This document shows, piece by piece, positions 1 through 8,640 of a DNA stretch of 64,000 nucleotides (the stretch's first letter is position 1; every line of letters starts with the position of its first letter). A model generated the notes under the pieces. That model saw only the letters and a program-made list of their open reading frames with translations. It was not told where the DNA came from and ran no database searches. This stretch comes from Verrucomicrobiia bacterium (GTDB lineage Bacteria; Verrucomicrobiota; Verrucomicrobiia; Limisphaerales; UBA1319): positions 256,001 to 320,000 of the forward strand of contig OY760937.1 of NCBI GenBank assembly GCA_963664225.1, in the 5' to 3' direction. The position numbers were made by a program, and so were the translations under genes.

Positions 1-122
1 GAAAAAGGTCCTTCCATGGGCTCTGCCTCTGCTTTTCACAGGATATCTGGTGTACGGTTTTGTCCGGCCGTACATCTCGCGTAAAATGCGCGCTGAAATC
101 GAGGACGATACAGAGTCCGAGG

Positions 123-800
123 ATGACGAGTCTCCCCATGACTGACGTTGGCCAATTGGTGGTGGCGTGGGTGGTTGGTTTTATCAGCGGGTTGCTTGTT
201 TCGATTCCCGTTGGCCCCATTAATATCACCATTTTGAACGAAGGTTCGCGCCGGGGATTTCATTGGGCGTTGCTGATTGGCATGGGATCGGTCTCCATGG
301 AGGTGATTTATTGCACGATTGGGTTTGCAGGTTTTGCGGGATTGTTCGATTCCCGATGGCTGCGGGCCACAATGGAATTATCCACCTTCATGCTGATGTC
401 CTATTTGGGGCTTAAGTACATGCTGATGCGCGCGCTACCTCAGAGTTCCAGGACCGAGGCGGCGGTGGAGCAGAGGCTGCATCCGCATACAGCGTTCATG
501 ACGGGATTTGTCCGGGTGCTGGGCAATCCTAACGTCCTGCTGGGGTGGATCACATTGTCGGCCACATTCATTGCTCATGAATGGGTTCAAACAACGTGGA
601 CAAGCCGGTTGATATGTATCAGCGGGGTGGCGGTCGGGGCCATGGTCTGGTTCTTCATGCTCAGTTATTTGGTGGCCAAAACCCATGGCCGTTTTTCCGC
701 GCGAACCTTGCTGCGCATGTCCCAATTATCTGGCGCATCTCTGCTGTTAATGGCTCTGGTGATCGGTGGTCGGTTGGTCTATATGCTGGCCAGGCATTAA
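123..800 (+). CDS. LysE/RhtB-family translocator (amino-acid exporter-like membrane protein)
   Basis: Hydrophobic multi-TM ORF with LysE-type motifs 'SIPVGPINITIL..G..RG' and 'GF...LGNP'. Start uncertain (ATG 123 or 138; ORF track starts at 60). Confidence 0.75.
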   Translation: MTSLPMTDVGQLVVAWVVGFISGLLVSIPVGPINITILNEGSRRGFHWALLIGMGSVSMEVIYCTIGFAGFAGLFDSRWLRATMELSTFMLMSYLGLKYMLMRALPQSSRTEAAVEQRLHPHTAFMTGFVRVLGNPNVLLGWITLSATFIAHEWVQTTWTSRLICISGVAVGAMVWFFMLSYLVAKTHGRFSARTLLRMSQLSGASLLLMALVIGGRLVYMLARH

Positions 801-988
801 GTGCCGGGGTTGATAACTGTGAATTTCTGGCTTCCATCTGGGACCGTATTGCCCGACTTTCGATACTGGGTATTATTTGCGAACCAACCATTATCCTTCG
901 TTCGATGAAGATTGCCGCCCCAAAGGTCATCGCTCCAGCGCCAATGGAATATCGGGATCGGTAATGGATAGTACGGTTCCATCAGCGC

Positions 989-1016
989 AAAAAAAGCCCG
1001 GTTTAAAACCGGGCTT
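989..1016 (-). terminator. Intrinsic terminator of the VPDSG-CTERM gene
   Basis: Hairpin AAGCCCGGTTT-a-AAACCGGGCTT (994-1016) with an A-run at 989-995 (U-tract on the minus strand), just downstream of the stop at 1044. Confidence 0.8.
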
Positions 1017-1043
1017 CGAAGTTAATTTGAATGGCGGATTGGA

Positions 1044-1664
1044 TTAAACGCCCAGTTTTCGGCGCAGGGCACCGAGGCCGAGAAAAGCCAGACCAAGAAG
1101 GCCCGCCGTGCTGGCGCCATCCGGCACCGAGGAGGAGACCTGTGTCACAGTGGCACTAATCGTGGCACCAGATCGCTGATCGCCCGAAAGTCCAAAGAGA
1201 CCCTTGTTAAATTTCGCGTCGTTCAGCGAAACCATAAAGGAACGATCTCCGGGAATATCAACCGTCACCGGGCCATTCCATGTGACAGAGCCATACTGGG
1301 ACAGGCCGAATAAGGCAAAACCACCAAATGTCACGCCTTTAACGGTGGCACCTGTGGAAGGATCTGTGAAGTCCAGTGTTGCCGAAATGCTCATGGGCAC
1401 GGTGTCTTCACCGGCATTGACGGTGCTTTCAGTCGTCCAGATACTGAAGAAACTGAAAGTTGTGAATTGCCCATCATCCAAAGCGAATGTCCTGCCACTA
1501 ACCCCGGCATCGATGGATGTCTGGATTGTTAATCCAGGATCTGTGGAGTTCGCTGAAACGAACGAACCGGTCCCGATTTCATAGTTCTTTGTGATAGCGA
1601 AAGCCGACGGAGCGCTAAGGCCGACCGTCACAACCGCCACTCCCAACACATGCATTAATTTCAT
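1044..1664 (-). CDS. VPDSG-CTERM (PEP-CTERM-like) exosortase-sorted surface protein
   Basis: N-terminal signal peptide; C-terminus 'SVPDGASTAGLLGLAFLGLGALRRKL' = VPDxG motif, TM helix and basic tail. Confidence 0.9.
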   Translation of the reverse strand: MKLMHVLGVAVVTVGLSAPSAFAITKNYEIGTGSFVSANSTDPGLTIQTSIDAGVSGRTFALDDGQFTTFSFFSIWTTESTVNAGEDTVPMSISATLDFTDPSTGATVKGVTFGGFALFGLSQYGSVTWNGPVTVDIPGDRSFMVSLNDAKFNKGLFGLSGDQRSGATISATVTQVSSSVPDGASTAGLLGLAFLGLGALRRKLGV

Positions 1665-2242
1665 ACGTAACCTTTCGTTTTTTTTGATTGCTGCTGGCGC
1701 ATCTCATTCGATTTGCGACTCAGGTGTGGTTTGGAATTCTGTAATACCTCCGCGTTTTCGTCCGTGCCATAACCTTTTCAACAGTCCCCACCCCCATGAC
1801 CTCTTGATTCTTGTCCGCCCCACTTGTCAAAGGTGACATAGCAAACTCTGGTCCAATGGTTCTTTTGAAATGTTTCTTGAATCGTAAGTGACTAAATATG
1901 AACAATATAAAATAGATTAATAATTTCAGATGTAATATCCCCTCCCGGCATTGGGCTGGTTCGATTGTAAGCCAGGACTTCAGAATGGCGGGCTGTGACC
2001 GGAGCTGTGTTTCTATCTCATTCGCTACAAGTGATATATGAAATAAAATGAGGTGTAAAATATACTTACACCGCATGGTGGGACGCCTTCAAAGGTGTTT
2101 ATAACGTTATGGATTTTAATGATTTACAACTAACCTAATGTTGTAAAACCAGTTTACAATATTAGGGTGTGGTTTGGATTTGTGATATGGTCTCGGATAT
2201 CAAACCTTACTAATCCATTCCGATTTTATGACGTTCAACCGG

Positions 2243-2270
2243 TTGAATTTTAGGTTGATCAGGCTAGACT
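2243..2270 (+). promoter_or_regulatory. Putative sigma70 promoter of the LOG gene (likely leaderless), overlapped by a perfect palindrome
   Basis: TTGAAT-16 nt-TAGACT-7 nt-ATG(2278). The perfect 14-bp palindrome TTCAACCGGTTGAA (2234-2247) overlaps the -35. Confidence 0.5.
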
Positions 2271-2277
2271 GACGCTT

Positions 2278-3309
2278 ATGGATAGAGGACTTCGAATTAC
2301 TGGGGATCCGGAATTACATCAAAGAATTCGTGATTTGATTGCTTATAAAGGTGGAGGGGCCAATCCTGAATTAGTCGAGGACATCATTGAAAACGCCCTA
2401 AAACTGCTCAACGACGTACAAGACCGGGGAGATGTGCGGGTGATTCAGACGGCAGTTCGCGAGTTGCGCTATGCATTTCGGCTGTTCGCGCCTTATTCAG
2501 ATCGGCGCAAGGTGACGATTTTTGGTTCGGCCCGGATTCAGCCTGAACAGGTGGAATACCAGCAAGCTGCAGAATTTGGCCGTAAAATTGTGGAAGCCGG
2601 ATTCATGGTGATCACGGGTGCGGGTCCGGGGATCATGCAGGCCGGCCATGAAGGTGCCGGACCGGAAATGAGTTTTGGGGCAAATATCCGGCTGCCGTGG
2701 GAGCAAAATCCCAATCCGGTCATCGAAAAGGACCGCAAATTGGTAACGTTCAAGTATTTCTTCACGCGCAAATTCACTTTTTTACGCCAGGCGGACGCGC
2801 TGGTGCTTTTTCCGGGCGGGTTTGGGACGATGGATGAGGGGTATGAGGCGTTGACGTTGATGCAAACGGGCAAGAGCCGCTTGATGCCGCTGGTGTTGGT
2901 GGATCGTCCCGGAGGCACGTATTGGAAGACCTGGGACAAGCATGTGCGGGAGCATCTGTTGCGCAATGAACTGATTTCGGAGGAGGATCTTGATTTATAC
3001 CAGATCACGGACAATACGGACCATGCGGTGCGGGTGATCACGCGATTCTATCGCAATTACCACTCGAGCCGTTTTGTGAGGGATTTGTATGTGATCCGGC
3101 TGATGCATCCGCCGACTGAAACGGCCATTGCGGCATTAAATGAGGATTTTGCAGATATTGTCGAGGATGCGAAATTCCACAAGAGTGGGGCGTTGCCCGA
3201 GGAGGTGGCGGATCAGGATCATGTGGATCTGCCGCGGCTGGCGTTTGGTTTTGACCGGCGGAGTTACGGTCGGTTGCGTCAATTGATCGATGTGCTGAAT
3301 ACCTGGTAA
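2278..3309 (+). CDS. LOG-family (TIGR00730-like) nucleotide monophosphate phosphoribohydrolase
   Basis: Motifs 'VTIFGSAR', 'ITGAGPGIM', 'FKYFFTRK' and 'PGGFGTMDE'. Confidence 0.9.
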   Translation: MDRGLRITGDPELHQRIRDLIAYKGGGANPELVEDIIENALKLLNDVQDRGDVRVIQTAVRELRYAFRLFAPYSDRRKVTIFGSARIQPEQVEYQQAAEFGRKIVEAGFMVITGAGPGIMQAGHEGAGPEMSFGANIRLPWEQNPNPVIEKDRKLVTFKYFFTRKFTFLRQADALVLFPGGFGTMDEGYEALTLMQTGKSRLMPLVLVDRPGGTYWKTWDKHVREHLLRNELISEEDLDLYQITDNTDHAVRVITRFYRNYHSSRFVRDLYVIRLMHPPTETAIAALNEDFADIVEDAKFHKSGALPEEVADQDHVDLPRLAFGFDRRSYGRLRQLIDVLNTW

Positions 3310-3410
3310 ATTACCTTCGGCAGTCAGGGGGTATTCTCGTTGACCGGTGGCGTTAAAAACAGCTACATGTGGGTGTAATCAACGGTCACTGAGCGGCGCG
3401 CAAAAGAACC

Positions 3411-4670
3411 ATGAACTCGAAACAACGTTTTCAAACCACGCTGAACCATCGACAGCCCGACCGCGTGTGCGTTGACTTTGGCGCCACCGCAGTTACCGGG
3501 ATTCATGTTTCAGTGGTGCATGGGTTGCGCCAGCGCCTGCTTGGGGAGCCTGAAAACCGGGTGAAGGTGATCGAGCCTTACCAAATGCTGGGCGAATTGG
3601 ACGATCGTCTTCAGGAGGCCTTGGGCATCGATATCATGGGGGTTTTGCCGCGCAAATCGATGTTCGCCACGGAAGCCCGGGATTGGAAGCCTTTTACCTT
3701 GTTTGATGGCACGCCCTGCCTGGTTCCCGGGGATTTCAATTTGACTCCCGCGCCGGGCGGTGGCTGGTTCATGCATCCAGAGGGAGATATCACCGCGCCG
3801 CCCAGTGGACATATGCCGGAAGGTGGATATTTTTTCGATGCGGTCATCCGCCAGGATCCGCTCGATGAGGACAAGCTGAATCCCGCGGACAACCTGGAGG
3901 AGTTCGGTTTGTTCAAGCCGGAGGACGTGGGTTATTATCGGAAGCTGGCGGCACAGGCCGAAGAGCGTTCAGAGATGGGTTGCATGCTGATTGTGCCCGG
4001 GGCGGCATTTGGCGATATTGCGCTGGTCCCCGCGCCGTTTTTGAAGCATCCCAAAGGCATTCGCGATGTTCAGGAATGGTATATTTCGACCAAGACACGC
4101 CGCGATTATGTGTATCAAATATTTGAGCAGCAGTGCGCCATCGCGCTACAAAATATCGCCACGTTGATCGAAATATTTGGCGACCGCGTTCAGGCCGCCA
4201 TGATCACGGGCACGGATTTTGGGACGCAACGAGGGCCGTTCATTTCGGTGGCCGCATATCGCGATCTATTCATGCCGTTTCACAAGCGGGTCAACGATCT
4301 GATTCACGGCAAAAGCGGTTGGAAGACGTTCATCCATTCCTGCGGATCGATTTACAAGCTGATCCCGGATTTTATTGCGGCCGGCTTCGATATTTTGAAT
4401 CCGGTCCAGTGTTCCGCCACGGACATGGACGCCGGGCGGCTGAAGAAGGAATTTGGGAAGGACCTCGTTTTCTGGGGCGGCGGCGTCGATACGCAGAAGA
4501 CCATGGCTTTTGGAACGCCCGATGAGGTTTATCGCGAGGTGCGGGAGCGGATCGAGATATTCAACCAGGACGGCGGATTTGTGTTTAACAGCATCCATAA
4601 TGTCCAGGGCAACACGTCGATCGACAATGTTCTGGCGATGTTCAAAGCCATAAAGGACTCGGGGAAATAA
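3411..4670 (+). CDS. Uroporphyrinogen decarboxylase/methyltransferase-like TIM-barrel protein
   Basis: C-terminal 'GTDFGTQ', 'HSCGS', 'NPVQ', 'FWGGGVDTQ' and 'GGFVFNSIHN' motifs typical of the URO-D-like family. Confidence 0.8.
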   Translation: MNSKQRFQTTLNHRQPDRVCVDFGATAVTGIHVSVVHGLRQRLLGEPENRVKVIEPYQMLGELDDRLQEALGIDIMGVLPRKSMFATEARDWKPFTLFDGTPCLVPGDFNLTPAPGGGWFMHPEGDITAPPSGHMPEGGYFFDAVIRQDPLDEDKLNPADNLEEFGLFKPEDVGYYRKLAAQAEERSEMGCMLIVPGAAFGDIALVPAPFLKHPKGIRDVQEWYISTKTRRDYVYQIFEQQCAIALQNIATLIEIFGDRVQAAMITGTDFGTQRGPFISVAAYRDLFMPFHKRVNDLIHGKSGWKTFIHSCGSIYKLIPDFIAAGFDILNPVQCSATDMDAGRLKKEFGKDLVFWGGGVDTQKTMAFGTPDEVYREVRERIEIFNQDGGFVFNSIHNVQGNTSIDNVLAMFKAIKDSGK

Positions 4671-4830
4671 CGGGCGTGAACCCCTGTTTGAGTGCGTTTG
4701 AGAAACAAGGAACAAGATTTGCGAAAAACCGGGCAAAAGTTGCGTAGCGCTCAATGATTCCGAGGGTGAATAATGACGGGCAGGAGTGAGGGATGGTTGT
4801 GCAGAAGAAATTTAAAACGAAAACAAACTT

Positions 4831-5835
4831 ATGCGAAAGAACTGTTTAAAGGCGCTGGCGATTCTCCAGACATTAACTTTGGCGGGAACGGTTTATGGGG
4901 CGACGGAGGCGAATGTCGTTCCGGAGGTGTTACGGACGCGGGCGCAAAAGTTGATGGGGCCGCTTCCTGACAAAATGTCAGGCGCGGAAAAAGACACTCC
5001 GGCGCGTGTCGAGTTGGGGAAAAAACTGTTCTTTGAAACGCAATTGTCCCAGGACCAAAAGATGTCCTGCAACACTTGCCATCAGGTGGAAGGGCGCAAG
5101 GGCGGGGTGGATAACGAGGCGACCTCCCTGGGAGTGGTGGGCAAGCGCGGCAGTCGTAATTCACCCACCGTCCTCAATGCGGGTTTTCAACTCTCGCAAT
5201 TCTGGGACGGACGCGCTGCCACGTTGGAAGATCAGGCCAAGGGGCCGATCCTCAACCCGGTGGAGATGGCCATGCCAGACGAGAAGGTTGTGATGAAGCG
5301 TCTGTCCGCCGACGCCCAGTACCCTGCCTTGTTCAAGAAGGCATTTTCAGAGGACACCGATCCAATGACTTATGACAATCTGGCCCGGGCCATTGCGGCC
5401 TATGAGCGGACACTGATCACGCACGATCGCTTCGACGATTTTCTCAAGGGAGATGACAAGGCGCTGACCGCGCAGGAATTACAGGGGCTCTCGCTGTTCT
5501 TGAAGACCGGTTGCGCAACCTGCCACAACGGTCCCACCCTTGGGGGAAACCGATATCACAAGCTGGGCCAGGCGCATAGCTACGCCAACCAATCGGATAT
5601 GGGCCGTTTCGACGTCACCAAGGTCGAAGCCGACAAACTCAAATTTAAGACTCCCGTGCTGCGGAATGTGGCGCTGACGGCGCCTTATTACCATGATGGT
5701 AAAATCCTGGCCCTGGCCGACGCGGTCACAGAAATGGCCTGGCTGCAGTTGGACAAAAAGCTCGAGGCGGATGAAACCGCCGCCATTGAGGCGTTTTTAA
5801 AATCACTGACAGATAAAGATCGCGAAACAAAGTAA
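4831..5835 (+). CDS. Di-haem cytochrome c peroxidase (CCP/MauG family)
   Basis: Signal peptide; two CxxCH motifs (CNTCH, CATCH); 'RNSPTVLNA', 'QFWDGRA' and 'TAPYYHDG'. Confidence 0.92.
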   Translation: MRKNCLKALAILQTLTLAGTVYGATEANVVPEVLRTRAQKLMGPLPDKMSGAEKDTPARVELGKKLFFETQLSQDQKMSCNTCHQVEGRKGGVDNEATSLGVVGKRGSRNSPTVLNAGFQLSQFWDGRAATLEDQAKGPILNPVEMAMPDEKVVMKRLSADAQYPALFKKAFSEDTDPMTYDNLARAIAAYERTLITHDRFDDFLKGDDKALTAQELQGLSLFLKTGCATCHNGPTLGGNRYHKLGQAHSYANQSDMGRFDVTKVEADKLKFKTPVLRNVALTAPYYHDGKILALADAVTEMAWLQLDKKLEADETAAIEAFLKSLTDKDRETK

Positions 5836-5859
5836 ACATTTAGTTAATCGGAATAAATT

Positions 5860-6834
5860 ATGCACAAAGGAGTAAATCGTCGGGATTTCATCAAGAACGC
5901 GGCTTTGACCCCCGCTGCGGTGTCCGTGGCGCTGGGCGCGGGGGCATTGCCCGCGATGGCGGAGGGTGCCGGGGCTGAAAAAGATTTCACAGGTCCCATG
6001 CCAGCCGCCAAAGGCACGCTGCCGATGGGAAAGATCGGCAAGTTGGAGTTGAGCCGCCTCATGCTCGGGGGCAACCTGATTTCCGGTTGGGCCCACAGCC
6101 GGGATTTGTCCTATGTGACCAAGCTGATGAAGAATTACAACACGGAGCACAAAATCCTCGAGACACTCGAAATTGCCGAGACCAACGGCATCAACGTCAT
6201 CAACCTGTCCATTGGGGATGACACGTCGTTCCTCAAAAAGCATTGGAAGCGCGGCGGCAAGATGATGCTGGTCGCGCAGGCCAATCCGGGTGACAAGAAT
6301 GAGCTTACTCAGTTCAAGCGGGCCGTGGATGCGGGAGCCTCCGCGGTGCATATCCAGGGCCATGGCGCGGAAAAACTGGTCGAGGACGGCCAGGTCGATG
6401 TAATCGCCAAAATCATGGAATACATCAAATCCCAGGGCGTGCCCGCAGGCGTGGGCGCGCATGCGCTTGAGGTCATCGTGGCATGTGAAAAGGCGAAGGT
6501 CGGGGCGGACTTCTACCAAAAAACGCTGCATACCAAAGATTATCGCTCGGCGCCCAAATCGGATGAGAAAGGCTTTTTAGGCTCATGGGACAACGGTTGG
6601 TGCAAGGACGCCGACGAAGTGATCGAGTTCATGTATAACGTGAAAAAACCCTTTGTCGCGTTCAAGGTCATGGCGGCGGGCGCGATTCCTCCGCAGAAGG
6701 CCTTCCAGTATGCCTTCAATGGCGGGGCGGATTTTGTGCTGGCCGGCATGTTCGACTGGCAGATTGAGGAGGATGTGCGCATTGCGAAGGAGGCCCTGAC
6801 TTCGGTGAAACGCGAGCGTCCGTGGATGGCGTGA
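5860..6834 (+). CDS. Tat-exported aldo/keto-reductase-like TIM-barrel protein
   Basis: Twin-arginine signal 'NRRDFIK'; AKR-like 'SRLMLGGN' start and 'AFKVMAAG' near the C-terminus. Confidence 0.6.
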   Translation: MHKGVNRRDFIKNAALTPAAVSVALGAGALPAMAEGAGAEKDFTGPMPAAKGTLPMGKIGKLELSRLMLGGNLISGWAHSRDLSYVTKLMKNYNTEHKILETLEIAETNGINVINLSIGDDTSFLKKHWKRGGKMMLVAQANPGDKNELTQFKRAVDAGASAVHIQGHGAEKLVEDGQVDVIAKIMEYIKSQGVPAGVGAHALEVIVACEKAKVGADFYQKTLHTKDYRSAPKSDEKGFLGSWDNGWCKDADEVIEFMYNVKKPFVAFKVMAAGAIPPQKAFQYAFNGGADFVLAGMFDWQIEEDVRIAKEALTSVKRERPWMA

Positions 6835-6875
6835 GCAGATGCCCAGACAGAATCGACAAGTTGATAAAACCATTT

Positions 6876-7769
6876 ATGAAGATTTCATTTCGCGGATTGG
6901 CCTGTGCCGCCTTGCTGTGCGGTCTGACGATTTCTTCTCCGGCCTCCGAGGTCAGCGAAGGGGTCACGGGTTCGAATATCGTCACGGAGACTCTCGCCAG
7001 CAAATCACTCGATAAGGACGTTGCTTTTAATATATTGCTGCCGTCCGATTACGACGCCTCGACGCGGCGTTATCCGACTTTGTATTTGCTGCACGGCTAT
7101 GGGGACACCCATACAGCATGGTCCTTGATGACGGATCTTTCGGGTTACGCCGCCAAATACAAGATCATCATCGTCATGCCCAACGCAGAAAAGAGTTTTT
7201 ACGTGAACAGCGTCAAGGACTCCAAATCGAAGTTCGAGGACATGATCATGAAGGATCTGATGGCCTATGTGGACAGCCACTACCGGACGATTCCGCTGCC
7301 GCGTTCACGCGCGGTGGCCGGATTGTCCATGGGCGGTTTTGGCGCTGTCTTCCTGGGGCTCAAGCATCATGACAAATTTGCCGCCATCGGCACCTTCAGC
7401 GGAGCGGTATCACGGGTGCATATCACACCGCCGGATCCTTCAAAGCAAAGTGAGAACGACCGCAAATTCCAGCAAACACTCGATGATATGTTCGGCGCGC
7501 CCGGCACCAAGGAACGTGACGAGCGCGATCCATTCAAGATCGTGGAGAACATGCCTCTCAATGAGGTGCCCTATCTCTACATTGCCTGCGGTGGACAGGA
7601 TTTTCTGCTTGAGGAGAACCGGATGTTCGTCGATTACCTGTCCAAAAAGAAGATCACCTACGAGTATCACGAAATCTCCCCGCGCGTTCATTCCTGGGAT
7701 TTCTGGAACGATCAATTGCTCCAGTTTCTGGATTGCCTGCGGGGATTGAGCGGGTTTTCAGATATTTGA
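6876..7769 (+). CDS. Secreted alpha/beta-hydrolase esterase (CE1-like)
   Basis: Signal peptide from ATG 6876; 'YPTLYLLHG', nucleophile elbow 'GLSMGG', 'CGGQD' and 'HSWDFW'. Confidence 0.85.
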   Translation: MKISFRGLACAALLCGLTISSPASEVSEGVTGSNIVTETLASKSLDKDVAFNILLPSDYDASTRRYPTLYLLHGYGDTHTAWSLMTDLSGYAAKYKIIIVMPNAEKSFYVNSVKDSKSKFEDMIMKDLMAYVDSHYRTIPLPRSRAVAGLSMGGFGAVFLGLKHHDKFAAIGTFSGAVSRVHITPPDPSKQSENDRKFQQTLDDMFGAPGTKERDERDPFKIVENMPLNEVPYLYIACGGQDFLLEENRMFVDYLSKKKITYEYHEISPRVHSWDFWNDQLLQFLDCLRGLSGFSDI

Positions 7770-7835
7770 AAATGGCCCGACCGGGCCGCCGGTGACTCCA
7801 TGGCGGCCAGGTTTAAATGGGAGTAAACTCGTCTT

Positions 7836-8537
7836 ATGAATAACAAACGATGGTTTGACGGCAAGTTGGCCGTATGGCTGGCGATATTGGCGGCCGGCCT
7901 GGGCCTGACGCTTCCAGCCCTTGCCGAAGTGCAGAGCGTCTTTTGCAAGGGGGGCAAATTCTGGGTGGTTGTCGATGGTGCGACGTCCGAAATTTCAAGT
8001 GAGGTCAAACTGCCCCACGAGGTCATCGTGAATACCAACGGGATGTTCATAGTGGATAAAGGGAAGGAGAGAAAACTGGAGGAAGGGCAGCGGATCGGCA
8101 TGGACGGGATGCTGCTGAGCACGAATGGATCAATCGGGCCCGTCTATGATCACATTGCGGTTAAGGGAGGCAGGGTTCTCGTGGTGCGTGATGGGGTGGC
8201 CACAGCGTTGACCGCCCCCATGTCCCTGCCCAATGGTGCGGTGTTCAAGCCGGATTCCTCGATGATCAAACCCGGTGGAATGCAAGTCCGGATGGTTGAC
8301 GGGCAGTTGTTTAATATCGATGGAACGCCCATTGCCACCAGGGACACGATATCGATGCAATCGGGCAAGGTGGTTTTGCAGAGGGACGGTTCATTGATGA
8401 CGTTGTTGCCGATACAAGTTACCGAAATGTCCGATGGCACGCGCGTGACAGGCACTGGCCTGGTCACATACAGGGACGGACGCAAGGTGCAATTGACCGA
8501 AGGTCAGATCATCACCGTAGCCGGCGTTGCCAGGTAA
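7836..8537 (+). CDS. Secreted protein with three ~60-aa beta-rich repeats (DUF6799-like)
   Basis: Signal peptide, then three units of the form 'xxKxGKVxVVxDG...NG..V...G.....G....L.EGQ.I..DG'. Confidence 0.55.
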   Translation: MNNKRWFDGKLAVWLAILAAGLGLTLPALAEVQSVFCKGGKFWVVVDGATSEISSEVKLPHEVIVNTNGMFIVDKGKERKLEEGQRIGMDGMLLSTNGSIGPVYDHIAVKGGRVLVVRDGVATALTAPMSLPNGAVFKPDSSMIKPGGMQVRMVDGQLFNIDGTPIATRDTISMQSGKVVLQRDGSLMTLLPIQVTEMSDGTRVTGTGLVTYRDGRKVQLTEGQIITVAGVAR

Positions 8538-8640
8538 ACCCTGGCCCATCACACCCGAAATCCGAAATAGGAACGACCCATCTGACGCAATCATTTGGCC
8601 ATCCATGGTTTGAAACCGGCTGTGGAGTATTGGTTTAATA

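Noticed and set aside
1752..1770. Sigma54 promoter for the VPDSG-CTERM gene (TGGCACG on the minus strand)
   Set aside because: The -24 element is present, but there is no TTGC/GC at the required -12 spacing.
1720..2076. 118-aa ORF in the AT-rich intergenic region
   Set aside because: Atypical composition with no motif or clear RBS; probably spurious.
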